DNA of 64,000 bases from the NCBI GenBank assembly GCA_977862235.1, contig OZ374561.1, positions 310,001-374,000 on the forward strand, in the 5' to 3' direction. Below the pieces are notes generated by a model. It was not told the DNA's origin and searched no databases. It saw nothing but the letters and a program-made list of their open reading frames with translations. The first letter of the stretch is position 1. Every line of letters begins with the position of its first letter. A program made the position numbers and the translations under genes. This DNA comes from Dudresnaya verticillata. Its lineage: Eukaryota. This document shows, one piece after another, positions 10,720-21,966 of this stretch.

Positions 10720-11760
10720 ATGACCTCGCAGTTCGACCTGAGAACTGTTCTACAGACAATTCATGTTGCCACAGAGCGCGTGTTGCCGTCGCTATTCTCC
10801 TCTCCAACGCTATCAACGTTGTACGATACTGTGGTTGCGCTGAACCCCGTCGTGACGTCCTTTTGGCTAACATCTTTTCTGGCGCTGCTACAGCTAATGC
10901 TTTCCATCCTCACAGTATCCTTTGCATGGAACGATCGCTTCTGGTCGCTGATACCCCCGATCTACACGCTGCTCTACACCGTTCACTCGCCACTCAGCAG
11001 CGACCGTCGTACAAACTCGCAAGCAGATACTCGGCTTCTGCTCATGTGCGCCTTAGTGCATCTATGGGGTGTTCGTCTGACGCAGAACGCTGCGCGAAGG
11101 GGGTTCTACTCCCCCGGCTTCGTCGACTACCGCTACGAATGGATCCGCAACAAGTATATCCCTAGCCGCCCTGTCTTCGCCGTTGTCTACGCCGTCTTCT
11201 CATGTGGCATGATGTCCCTGCTGCTCGCTCTAGCCAGCTCACCCTTGTACTTTGCGTGGGTGGCACGAGGCGGCCTCCCGCCTTTGAACGCCATAGACGC
11301 TGTTGCAACCACGCTCATGCTACTATTCATTTTGCTGGAGACTGTCGCGGACAACCAACAGAGCGCCTTCCAACAGCGTAAGGCGGCCTGGTGCGAGCTT
11401 CCAAAGCACGAGCGTGATGCAATCGCGCAAAACGACCCTGAACTGCGCGATGGCTTCATCCAGTCAGGCCTGTTTGCAACGAGCCGCCACCCCAACTTCT
11501 TCGCGGAGCAGGGCATATGGTGGGCGTTTTACCTCTTCACCATTTCTAGTGGTGCGCCGATGGTCAACTGGGCACTCATGGGCCCGGTATGCTACACTCT
11601 GCTCTTCCAGATGACCACTCCACTCACTGAACGCATTTCATTAGGTAGGTACCCCGCCTACCGTGATTACCAACTCCGTGTGTCCCGCCTGATACCCTCC
11701 CCATTTTCGAGGCTTGCCTCCACGTCCTCACCGCCTACCGGAAAGAGTAAGGATGACTAG
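10720..11760 (+). CDS. DUF1295 / steroid 5-alpha-reductase-like membrane protein
   Basis: DRFWSLIP, WGVRLT, DYRY, ETVADNQQ, GLFATSRHPNFFAEQGIWW, TERIS..RYPAY..YQ. Confidence 0.9.
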   Translation: MTSQFDLRTVLQTIHVATERVLPSLFSSPTLSTLYDTVVALNPVVTSFWLTSFLALLQLMLSILTVSFAWNDRFWSLIPPIYTLLYTVHSPLSSDRRTNSQADTRLLLMCALVHLWGVRLTQNAARRGFYSPGFVDYRYEWIRNKYIPSRPVFAVVYAVFSCGMMSLLLALASSPLYFAWVARGGLPPLNAIDAVATTLMLLFILLETVADNQQSAFQQRKAAWCELPKHERDAIAQNDPELRDGFIQSGLFATSRHPNFFAEQGIWWAFYLFTISSGAPMVNWALMGPVCYTLLFQMTTPLTERISLGRYPAYRDYQLRVSRLIPSPFSRLASTSSPPTGKSKDD

Positions 11761-12742
11761 ACCACTATGCCCGCCTTTGCCGCAACCACGTGCGTGCAAA
11801 AATCTTCCACAGCGCGTGCAGACTCAAACCCGCATCGCTGCAAAAGCAGATGGGGTCCGTTGGGCACGCGCACAAACGGAATGTCAGGACGTGCGCCCTG
11901 CATGTAGCCAGCTTGTTCATCGGAGAGGATGAAGTCATCCTCGCCGCGCAGATACAGAGTTGAATCAGGGGGCAGAAGCTCCCTATTACGCCAAACATGC
12001 CACGCGTTCTCCACAAGGCAGAGCTGCAAGCGATGTCGCATAATTTCGGGTGCATTCGTGGCACCTGCGGCCTGTACAGTCGACATGCCCGTCGCGTTGC
12101 GGCCTAGAAATATGCGCGACACCATCCACGGCGGTGGCTGGTTGCGAAATGCACCAGCTGGTGGCAGGAAGCGCGCACCGTGCAGGAGACGTGGCCCTGG
12201 CGGGGAAGCAAACGCATTCACAAAAGCCTGTGCGAGAAGCCCCCGTGGAGGTGACTGGGCAAGTTGGAAGCCGACGTGGCCAGAAAAGCTCTGGTTGACG
12301 AGAATGTAGCCGCGAGGGTCATCCGCCAGGGTAGTGAGATATGCTTCCTGGACGTACTCAGCTAATCCCTGGACGGAAAGTTCCTCATGTGGGGGGTAGG
12401 AGACCCCGATGACACGTTCCTTGTCATTCGAGCTGCTTAGCGCGGTACGAAAGTTCTGAAGCATCAGGTCAGTACCGTCCATGCCTGTTTCGCGTGATGC
12501 AGTTCTTGGTTAGCTTCTGAGACGAATTTTGTCACGGTGAGGAAGCTGTATGGCGTACCTGGCAGCACGACTAGGCGGGGGCGCGACGAGGTGTCGCCAG
12601 CGAGAGCTGCCTTCACAAGGCACTTTGCGTTAGAGTAATGGCTTTTGGTCGGAGTTAGCAATGGTACATGCCCGAAGGCGACAGGGGCATGGCTAAGGCT
12701 CTCTGCTGAAACATTTTGGTCCCTGGCTACCTTGGCTTTCAT
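11757..12742 (-). CDS. Alpha/beta hydrolase, 2 exons (intron 12485-12558)
   Basis: A 74-bp GT..GCTAAC..AG intron joins LVVLP-G-MDGT (oxyanion motif). Nucleophile motif NQSFSG, catalytic His in GPHLLLQ. Start codon uncertain. Confidence 0.8.
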
Positions 12743-13299
12743 GTCCTGCGGCCAAGAATGAACTAAGAATCGTCTGTAGGTAGGGTGGGAAGAGACTTGC
12801 CTACAGAGACGGGCTTGCTTCGTTTCGCTCGGGAAGGATTTCTGTGCGGCATCAAACCTAAGTGCAACCACTCGGAAGAAAGTCCGGGTCGCTAGTGAGT
12901 GCGCAGCCGGTCCACAAAACGCATGCAGTCACTCCTTCACATAAGTGGGACAAAACACGTGCGGTTTTCCCTGTATGTACCGTACTCTCACACACCGCCA
13001 TCTGCGCTGGAGATCACCTCAGACAGGAGGTGAGCGGGTGGTCAAGAAGAGGCAATCTCGGGCGCGCCCGGCATTAAAAATTAAAGGGATAATTATCCAG
13101 TGAGGAATCGCTTGCCCCCGATTCCCAGATTCGAGCGATCCATTCTGTTTCGAGTCGAAGCAAAGTAGATCGGTAGCTTCCGACGGCCGAGGACGCCGAG
13201 CAGCTAGCCGAACAGCACCACACTCCCTTTCCGAGCACACCTGCACCTCAACACTTGCGCTGCCCTTTCCTTCATTAACTTCTGACACTCCACTCAAGC

Positions 13300-14313
13300 A
13301 TGATAGCATTCACGACCCCAGCCCCGTTGCTCCAACGAGGTGCTGCTACCACGCAGGCAAGCCCCATTTTCTCCCAACCTGGCTTCCGACCGGCCGTGAG
13401 ACGCTCGGTGACGATGCCCCCGCAGACTCGAACCAATCGGATCACAACAGTCTGTGCGCAAGTTCCGTCCGACTTAGCCGTGATGGTGAATGGCGTACCA
13501 GGGAGGATGGCGTCCTCGACCGCAGAGGAGGTGGTGCGCCGCGGGCTGATTCTGGCGGACGAAGCCCTGACAGGGGCTGGTGTGCCCACTGCGACCTACA
13601 CGCCAGAGGGTACCGATGTCTCTGTGGCATTGATGGCGCCAGAGTCACATGACGCCTCCCTGAAGCGCATGCGAGAGAAGTATCCTCGTCTGGTGGTGGT
13701 CGACTACACACACCCATCGGCCGCGAACCCGAACGTTGAGCGATACGCCGCGCATGGCATTTCGTTTGTTATTGGCACGACGGGTGGCGATGTTGTGCGC
13801 ATGCGAGAAGCTGTGAATGGAGCCAGTGACGTGTACGCCGTCATCGCGCCGAACATGGGAAAGCAGATCGTGGCATTTCAGGCGATGATGGAGATGATGG
13901 CAACTGAGTTTCCTGGTGCCTTCTCAGGGTATACCATGACTGTCAAGGAGAGTCATCAATCCACTAAAGCAGATACATCAGGTACTGCTAAGGCTGTTGT
14001 AGGTTCGTTTACAAAGTTGGGGTTAGATTTCGGGGTGGACCAGATTGAGAAGGTACGCCAGGCTGAGCGTTCTAAGCAGGAGATGGGAGTGCCGGGGGAG
14101 TTCATCACTGCAGGTCACGCGTACCATACCTATCACCTTACTAGCCCGGATGGAACCGTCAATTTTGAGTTTCAGCACAACGTCTGCGGTAGGCAGGTCT
14201 ATGCTGCTGGAACAGTTGATGCCGTGTGCTTCGTTGACGCACAGCGCGAGAAAGGCAATCAGGTGCGGTTGTTTGATATGATTGACATCCTTCGAAGTGG
14301 TGAGATGTCATAG
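13300..14313 (+). CDS. dapB: 4-hydroxy-tetrahydrodipicolinate reductase, plant/algal type with plastid transit peptide
   Basis: MVNGVPGRM, VDYTHP, GTTGG, APNMGKQIVA, ESHQSTKADTSGTA, HNVCGR..YA.GT. MIAF leader. Confidence 0.95.
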   Translation: MIAFTTPAPLLQRGAATTQASPIFSQPGFRPAVRRSVTMPPQTRTNRITTVCAQVPSDLAVMVNGVPGRMASSTAEEVVRRGLILADEALTGAGVPTATYTPEGTDVSVALMAPESHDASLKRMREKYPRLVVVDYTHPSAANPNVERYAAHGISFVIGTTGGDVVRMREAVNGASDVYAVIAPNMGKQIVAFQAMMEMMATEFPGAFSGYTMTVKESHQSTKADTSGTAKAVVGSFTKLGLDFGVDQIEKVRQAERSKQEMGVPGEFITAGHAYHTYHLTSPDGTVNFEFQHNVCGRQVYAAGTVDAVCFVDAQREKGNQVRLFDMIDILRSGEMS

Positions 14314-14342
14314 CATTCAATCCGCTGGCTTTCCTTTCAGTT

Positions 14343-15950
14343 TCAGTCATCGGAAAAGATATTGAAGATACTCCTGATTGTCTCAATTACGCCGCCCCCC
14401 TCTTCTCCGATATCCATTTCTCCACCATCGCCAGCCCAACTGTCCCCATCATCGGACCATGTATTGTCATCAGGAAACGGTTCCTGAAATCCGTGGTCCG
14501 GCTCCTCAAATGTTGCCCATTCAGACTGGTTTTCGGTAGCACTGGAATCAGCGTTCGATTGCGAGAATGACTCATCGCCGATTGGCGTCCCGTAAGGATC
14601 CGCGTCTATCGTTTCTCCACCCTCGCTTGAGGGACTGGCCGCGTCAGAAAGCACATCAGCTCCGACAGCCGCCCCAGCTCCCCCAGCTCCAGCCCCGGGT
14701 GGTGGTACTGGTGCAGCTCCCCCACCCCCACCACCTGGCATCATCATCAAGCCAGGATGCATGTGGCTTCGACTGTGCACGCTGAAGTAATCTGGTGAAA
14801 GCGAATAACAATATGCAGCACAACAGAATTAATACGAGCCCTGAGGTCAGCTTCCAGTCCACACACCCCGCAACGCAATGGAGGTTCGCCGCTCATATCA
14901 AATGCTTGCACTGCACAAACGTACCGAAGTCAATGGCAATTGCAGTCGCGAGAATGACTGCCCGCTCCCTGTGATCCACTTTCATCTCGCTATATTCCTC
15001 GTGAGCCACATTCACGGTAGTCTGATCCGCGACAAGGTCTCCGACATTATCGAGTCCGAAGGAAGGATCCAAACGAAGCACGTACTGCCGAGCATCCGTA
15101 AAGAGCTCTCTGGCAAACCCTGTGAAGTCCTTATTGACGGACGCCATCTTCTTCCCGTTAATATCGCGCATGTCAAAATCAATTGCAAGAAAGCCTGAAT
15201 CGACGGATGCAAACTGGGTCTTGTCCACATAAAGCCCATAACGCCGACGCCACATGTGCCAGTTCATGTGCACTTCTCCCAACACCTCACCTTCTGGAGT
15301 TTCTACAAACATCGATGTGGAGATGAGATACATCGGCCGCCGGATGACAAAGATTATGTTCTGGTCTTTGTCGAAGACGGTCGCTCTGAAGGGTCGATGC
15401 GTTCGCAATAAATTCCTGGTAATCGTCCGACCCAACGAGTTCTCCTTTGGTTCATCCAATAGATAGCGCATACCGTCAGCACTACGAAAGAGCGTTACGT
15501 CACGGATCCCCAAGCGGAAGAAGTAAACGACGCAAAAACACGTACCTCCGCAAGATACCCCACAACCTGCCCGCCGGGCGCGGCACGGATGCTGTACCTG
15601 TTAGCCTGCTCAAACCCAATAAGAATGTTCGCCCATTCATACTCCCTGGTAACAACGAGCGCTGGCGGCGACAGCACAAGATCTCGACCGGAGCCTTCTT
15701 GGATTGCAGACGGCTTCGCCAGTTGCGACTGCGACGATTGCGATTGCGTCAAACATCGTGACAACTGCGGGCACGATCGTGGCAATGCATTCTGCGCTGC
15801 AAGCGCCGGCGCGCCGCGGATTGCACTACGCCGCAGGACGCCCGGCACCGTCGCTGACGACACGTACCGTGCGGACGCGCCGGCACCCGACAGACGTACT
15901 GCTTGCCGCAGCGCGGCTCGTGCGGTTGTTGCTGTCGCTGGGAGCGACAT
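14343..15950 (-). CDS. Phospholipid scramblase family (Aim25-like), probably mitochondrial, 3 exons
   Basis: Exons 15950-15546, 15444-14925, 14791-14343 joined by GT-AG introns. Motifs LVVTREYEWANILIGFEQANRY, RTHRPF, HMWRRRYGL, FTGFARELFTDA, ERAVILATAIAIDFDYFS. Confidence 0.9.
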
Positions 15951-17733
15951 TTACGAACCGGAGGCTTCTTGGGGCAGTGCAATCCCTGATGACGTGATGC
16001 GGGATCCGCAAGCTGTGAAGTTGGCGTATCTTTGAAAAGTGGAACACAACAAGGGAGGTTCAAGTCAACTGCAAGGCACACGAGCAAGTCTGCACCAATG
16101 AAGACGGCAGTAAAGTATCTGACCATCAGTTGTGTAAGCGGGAGATGGCACCCAACCAGCAGAAGCCATATCATCAGGCGACGGACAGCTGTAAGGCAAT
16201 AGGATTCGCCTATATTTAGAGTTCCCATACTTCTGACGAGCAAACCAGCGATGGAGCAAGGCGCAGCACAAGGCAGAACGATGCCCGACGGTAGTGGGAG
16301 AGGGAACAAATGCTTTCGATACGATGATGTTGATACTGGAGAAAACTGTGCAACAGCACCTTGTCGTGTTTGATGCAAAAAAAAGAATTGAGGCTGCGGA
16401 ATAGACACTATCTCTCTTCCCCACCTGACGGTGCAGGTACTGAAGCGAGAAGTAGCACGGACACAGTTCGTCAAGTCTACCACGTTGGTCTGCTGCAGCC
16501 GTTCGAGCCCTTTTTCGGGCAGTAAGGGATATCACGTGTTCTCTTAAGGGGAGTGACCCCACCCGTAGGTTGCGGGCAATTCATGGACGAAACCGACGAC
16601 TGACTTTAGAACCTCTGTAAGCTTGGCATGGTTCAGCAAGGATAAACTATTTATTGTATGCAGGTGGATACTTTACCACGACAGCGAGTTACTCTCGCGC
16701 TGTCTCTTACGCGGAACAGCTGCGCTACAACAGCAACAAAACCATGTTTTGCACATATTTTTGCGAGCCCGCCCGCGCACGGTGCTCCAGTGGAGAATTC
16801 GTAGTCCCAAGCCTCTCAACTGGCCTTTCACAGCAGCACAGACCGGCCTTGCGCGTGCCAAACGAGGGCGTGCCGCTACCGATGCGCAGTGTGCTCCTCA
16901 GGTGGGCCCGAGGGCAGGCCGTCTCCCTTAGGCCAAGTCCGGTTGGTGTGTGTAAACACCGGTCACCGGAAGAAAGTGCCTCCTTCGTTTTTGAAAGTGC
17001 GCAAAAGTCGCAAGCGGGGGACCCTGCTTGACACCCCGCTTCTAAACTTTGTTGTCAGGGCTGCATGAGCCCCACCATAAACTATGAATGAGCAGATACT
17101 GTATGTGCTTTTGCAATCTGTGGGTCTTACTGTACGCGAGACTTATCTTATTCAAGTTGAATGCCTTTTACATTGCAGCGCAAACTTACTAGTTTATGCG
17201 CTTCCGCATCACTGACAACTATACTGTACTTATGGCACAACTCTCTACGTTACAATACGGTAGAGCTGAGCTGTGAGACCATTGAGGCAATTTCAAAGCC
17301 ATGTGCGCAGCTGAGACATGGCATCATCAGAGGTCACGGTAGGGATTGAAAACATCAAAAGAGCTCCATTGTTCGGCTTACTGAAGTGGTCTTTGGCTGA
17401 AACTTTGTCTATCAGTCGTACCTGCAACTTTGTCATAGTTCATACAGATGCAGACCGAGGTACTACTTTCATGCATGTATGGGCCCGAGTTCGTCCCTCA
17501 AGTGCATTGCATTCGAACTCCGTAATACAGTTACAAACAAAAGCCTCAAAGACCAACGACTTGATGGCGATCTTTAAAGATATGTCTTGCATTCGCGAGA
17601 TGCGATTCCGTGCGACTGGCGCAATTTTCATTAACCCTCCGCTGATCTCCAGCCCCCTACCCTGGTTGCCGCTGCACCAACAGACCGGTTGCCGTACCCC
17701 AACCAGCCCCCACCGCGAACCGCAACCGCTCCC

Positions 17734-19056
17734 ATGGCCTTCATAACCTCCCTCCCGGTCGCCCGGCGCGCCATCCCGCTGCCGAGCTCAACCTCCCCAC
17801 CGCGCCCGCATCGCGTCCTGCACGCCGCACCACGTCGTGCATTCCCACGCCCGACAGAGCCTGCCGCGCGCCGCCGCCGCGCTCCTACCGCAAGCCTCGC
17901 AACAGGCCTTGGCATCTCCTCCAACGCCTCGACCGCGGAGGCCGTCTCCGAGGCCGTGGCCCAAGCCAAGCAGGCCGCGCCATCGCCGACCGTCGCGCTG
18001 GTCTCGGCCACTGTGGAACGCGACGTGCCGGAGCTGTACGCTGCCGTGCAGGCCGCTCTTCCCGGCGTCCCGATCCACGGCGCCACCACCTGCGGCGCCG
18101 TGCTCACCACGTCGGGCGCCGTGCCGAATGGCGTCGCTGTCCTGCTGCTATCGTCCCCGACTGGGCTCGCAGTGGCAGCAGCTCAAGCCGCGTCGGGCGG
18201 AGTCGCGGCTGGCCGCGCAGCCGCGGAGCAGCTCGCAGATCGCATGGGCGGTGCCGCCAACGTGAAGCACGTGCTGCTGCAGGCCACGCCTGGCGTCGAG
18301 GAGGACGTGTTGAAGGGCGTTGCGGAAGTGCTCCCAGACGTGCCCGTGTTTGGTGGCTCGGCAGCAGACAATACTGTGGAGGGGAACTGGCGGCTCCTAT
18401 CGTCCGACGAAGGTGTGTTCGATGCGGGTGTGTCGCTGGTGGGTATTGGTGAAGGCGTGCGCTTTGGAGCGAGTCTGCTACCGCCGTATGAGCCGTCTGC
18501 GAAGTCTGCCAAGATCACGGCTGCGGAAGGGCGGTCTGTCCTGCAGTTGGACGGGCGACGAGCAGCGGACGTACTTCGGGAGTGGGTCGGCGATTCGATT
18601 GAGACACAGGCTAGCGAAGGCGGGAATGTGGTCGTGGAGTGCGCCGGGTTCCCGCTCGGCATCGATAAGGGGAATGGAGCGTATGTTGGAATTCACGCGG
18701 CGTCCATTGACAAGGAGAGCGGCGCAGTTGGGTTGTTTGCGGAGGCAAATGAGGGCGAAGTGCTCACAGTTATGGACAAGGTAGGCGGGAAGGACTCCGC
18801 CACAGCTGCATCGATTGGCTTGGAGCGCGCATATGAGGAGGCGAAAAAGAATGGTGGATTGAGCGCACCAAAAGCAGGAGTCTTGATATATTGCGGTGGA
18901 CTTAGCATCGCGGTTGGGGATGCTCTCAATTCTAGCCTGGAACCGCTGAAAGGGAAAGCCCCTTTGCTTGGCATGACAGCGTTTGGTGAACAGGGAACCC
19001 TTAAAGGGTGTAACTTACATTCCAACCTTGCAGTTGGGATGGCGCTTTTTGAATAG
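17734..19056 (+). CDS. Stand-alone FIST-N/FIST-C domain protein with probable plastid transit peptide
   Basis: IHGATTCG, TPGVEE, PVFGGSAADN, ITAAEGRSVLQLDGRRAA, LIYCGG, GMTAFGEQG...HSNL. Leader MAFITSLPVARR. Confidence 0.85.
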   Translation: MAFITSLPVARRAIPLPSSTSPPRPHRVLHAAPRRAFPRPTEPAARRRRAPTASLATGLGISSNASTAEAVSEAVAQAKQAAPSPTVALVSATVERDVPELYAAVQAALPGVPIHGATTCGAVLTTSGAVPNGVAVLLLSSPTGLAVAAAQAASGGVAAGRAAAEQLADRMGGAANVKHVLLQATPGVEEDVLKGVAEVLPDVPVFGGSAADNTVEGNWRLLSSDEGVFDAGVSLVGIGEGVRFGASLLPPYEPSAKSAKITAAEGRSVLQLDGRRAADVLREWVGDSIETQASEGGNVVVECAGFPLGIDKGNGAYVGIHAASIDKESGAVGLFAEANEGEVLTVMDKVGGKDSATAASIGLERAYEEAKKNGGLSAPKAGVLIYCGGLSIAVGDALNSSLEPLKGKAPLLGMTAFGEQGTLKGCNLHSNLAVGMALFE

Positions 19057-19219
19057 AGCCCAAGCATCGAGCAGGTTCTCAGATAGAGTCACACTCCTGG
19101 TTTATGTACGCTTTCTTTACCTACGCGCAGCTCACGTGCTTGTAATGGTTAGTGGATCGCTGTGAAGCATTTGAACAGAAGCTCGATCAATGTTAGTGGA
19201 GCCGATTCTACACCCGAAA

Positions 19220-20371
19220 CTACTGATTCTTCTTGGCCGCACCCGATACAGCCTGCCGCTCTGCTACTTCAGCAGCATTGGCGGCAAGTCGGTGAGTCGC
19301 ACCGACAAAGAGCATTGTCAAGAAGACCAACGGATACAACACGTCACCCAGTTCATAGCTTTCCCTTCCAAGCACCCAAATGAGGTTGTCCACATAGTAC
19401 AGAGAGTACAGCCCAATCAGCCACCCAACACAAACGCGAGAGATTAGGGGCAGCTGTGGCCTACGATGCTTGAGTGCCGTGCCATACACGCGCTCATTGA
19501 CAATAATCAAACAAGCAATGAACCCGATACTCCCCAGCACCCACATTGCCTGCAACGGGAGTACTCCCAACAGTGTATGTGTCTTCTCCGTTCGCGTCAT
19601 CTGCACAAGGATCTCTTCATCCCCATAAGCGCGCACATCAGAGCTAACAATCACAAAGTGGCAGAACTGCGCCGTAGCAAGCAGCACCGCGGACGTAAGC
19701 GAGAACATGGCGGACTTGTCGGACAGCATGAAGATAACGAAGACCACAGTTGACACGGACGCGGTCTGGCGGGACGCAGTACGCGCCCAGCCGTGGTGCG
19801 GCAGTCGGGCCAGCACGATGTTCTGCGATATGGTGGACAAGGCCACCATGACCAGGTAGAAGAAGAGAAGGCCGAAGATAGTCCACCCAGTTGTGACGCA
19901 CATGCGCTTCCCGATCGAGATAGGCCGCTGCTCCACCGCGTACGAAACAGCCGCGCGGGTAGACACCGAATTCGTCGTCCGCTCACACGACGACGTGTTG
20001 GAAACGCAACACGGTCTATCCACTATCTCCGCGGTGCGGCGGTGACTATCATCAACCATGGCCTTCGTCGGCAGAAGCGACCTGCCTGGCTGATCGGTAG
20101 TCTCGGTCATGACAACGGAGTCCTCCCCATCAGCTGGCTTCGGAGTAACTGCTTCTAAGTTGGTCACGATTTCATCAGGCTTGGACAGGGTGTCTTCATC
20201 AAGCTTGGACGGGGTGGCTTCATCAGGCTTGGACGGGGTGACTTCATCAGGCTTGGACGGGGTGACTTCATCAGGCTTGAGAGGGGCAACGTCATCAGGC
20301 TTGGAAGGGGCAACGTCCTTGGTGGGAGGATTCGTAGCTGTAGTGTCCTTTTCGGAAGAATCCGTCGCCAT
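19220..20371 (-). CDS. Uncharacterised multi-pass membrane protein with N-terminal 8-aa repeats
   Basis: Long ORF with about 6 hydrophobic segments and repeats of the type PSKPDEVT. Confidence 0.7.
   Translation of the reverse strand: MATDSSEKDTTATNPPTKDVAPSKPDDVAPLKPDEVTPSKPDEVTPSKPDEATPSKLDEDTLSKPDEIVTNLEAVTPKPADGEDSVVMTETTDQPGRSLLPTKAMVDDSHRRTAEIVDRPCCVSNTSSCERTTNSVSTRAAVSYAVEQRPISIGKRMCVTTGWTIFGLLFFYLVMVALSTISQNIVLARLPHHGWARTASRQTASVSTVVFVIFMLSDKSAMFSLTSAVLLATAQFCHFVIVSSDVRAYGDEEILVQMTRTEKTHTLLGVLPLQAMWVLGSIGFIACLIIVNERVYGTALKHRRPQLPLISRVCVGWLIGLYSLYYVDNLIWVLGRESYELGDVLYPLVFLTMLFVGATHRLAANAAEVAERQAVSGAAKKNQ
20170..20318 (-). repeat. 24-bp coding minisatellite, about 6 copies
   Basis: tcatcaggcttggacggggtgact-type units on the + strand. 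Confidence 0.9.
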
Positions 20372-20924
20372 TTTTTTCCTTGTGGGCAATGGTTGTCGGC
20401 TTCAATCGCCAAGCTGAACTCCTTGAGAAATAGGGAAACACAGAAGCCGTACAAGTAGTAGCGTAGCAGTGCTCTGAATAATTGCTGCGGTGGCTGTGTT
20501 GAAAACTCTAGAGACGGAACCGGTTGACGGAGGGAGGCAAGCAGACACGTTCTTGCGCCCAAGCCGATGCTGGCTTTCCAGAAGCGCGGGAAGCGGATTT
20601 CGAGCACGGAAATGTGTGCACTGCTGGCCGTGATCCGCAGTTCTCGCGCGAGTCTTCCCGATTTCGGCATAAACCGACTCTACGTTCCACTGGAGACTAC
20701 GAATCAGCAATATCCCTGGCCAATAGAGCTCCGCAAAGGGTGTTCCTGTCCATTTATCATATGCCACCTGTGATTTCGATGTCCGACTTCGATATGCATT
20801 GAAGCAGTGTGCTGGGGCGCAGCTGCGCAGTTCGCTGTCACAGCACATCTGGAGTGAAGATTATTACTGTCTGCATCTTCATTTTAGCTTCAAACATCAC
20901 GACCTTTTGATCCAATAAACTCCG

Positions 20925-21113
20925 ATGCAGGTTGTTTCCTTCCCAACCTGCGTGTCCTGCCGAGGAATAACCACATTCGAAGTGGACAGGATCACCTTTT
21001 TCATCTTCGTATCGCTGTTCTCGGAGAACGTCCTCCCCCGCAAAATCTTGAAGTGCAATTCCTGTCGCGCCAGAACCGATTTTTTTTCTTATCTATTGGC
21101 CTGTTCTTTATAG
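20925..21113 (+). CDS. Possible small zinc-ribbon ORF or gene remnant
   Basis: 62 aa with CVSC ... FFIFVSLF ... CNSC. Confidence 0.3.
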   Translation: MQVVSFPTCVSCRGITTFEVDRITFFIFVSLFSENVLPRKILKCNSCRARTDFFSYLLACSL

Positions 21114-21966
21114 AGCAGCTTGCTGCTCAGAGCTGCATCGAGTCAGTTCCACAATGTCAACAAGTGTATACAACTGCTAAAAGAGCTTTGAGTTGATTTC
21201 TTGAGTTTCCTTCAATAGAAGTAGTCGGTTAAATAATAAGACACTTTTTCCGTGACATTACGGTGATAGCTGTGAGCCGTACTGCCTGACAGACTGCGTT
21301 GTAATGAGAAGGGTACGAGAGCACGGGACATGGTTTGTTACGACTTTTTGGGGAAACATGGGGCCACTTCACTGACGCACCTGAAGAGCTAGGGCTTCTA
21401 GTCATTCGGAATGAAGGGACTATGTTGAAAGCAGTTTCTCTCAAACGACCTTTCAGTCTGATATACGTTCGATCACATTATGTGTTGTACGTCTGCTTCG
21501 TACAACTTCAAAGAGTTGCCTTCTGAAGAAATCCCTCGATCGGGCTTGCCATAATCTTCTTTCGAAAACATGAAGGAATTTTTTTGTCAGCTCCTCAAGC
21601 AGCAACACGATTGTTTCCGTAGCTTTTCCGCGCAGGTGAGCAAGCTTGCTCCATGCCCCTCAGTCAAACACAAACAGATGCTGTTATCTGAGATGCTGTT
21701 GTAACAGATGCATTGATAGATGTGATCGAAAACTAAACAATAGAACTAGGCAAAAGCAGCATACTACTGACTTTTCTAAACTTCTAACGGACAGACAACC
21801 GTACCTTCTGCAAGAAGAAATTGCAAAAAGCATGCTGCTACCAACTTGCATTGTATTTCAATAGCACAGCATCCGCAGAGGGTTACAAACTTAAAACACA
21901 CTCAAACCAGCGGCTTGCTTAGAGCAAGAGCGAAGGGGATTTTGGAAGTTGGCTTTGCTTCACACC

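Noticed and set aside
17154..17210. GCCTTTTAC (U5 snRNA loop I) in a short stem
   Set aside because: Stem is weak, and there is no proper Sm site at the expected distance; likely chance.
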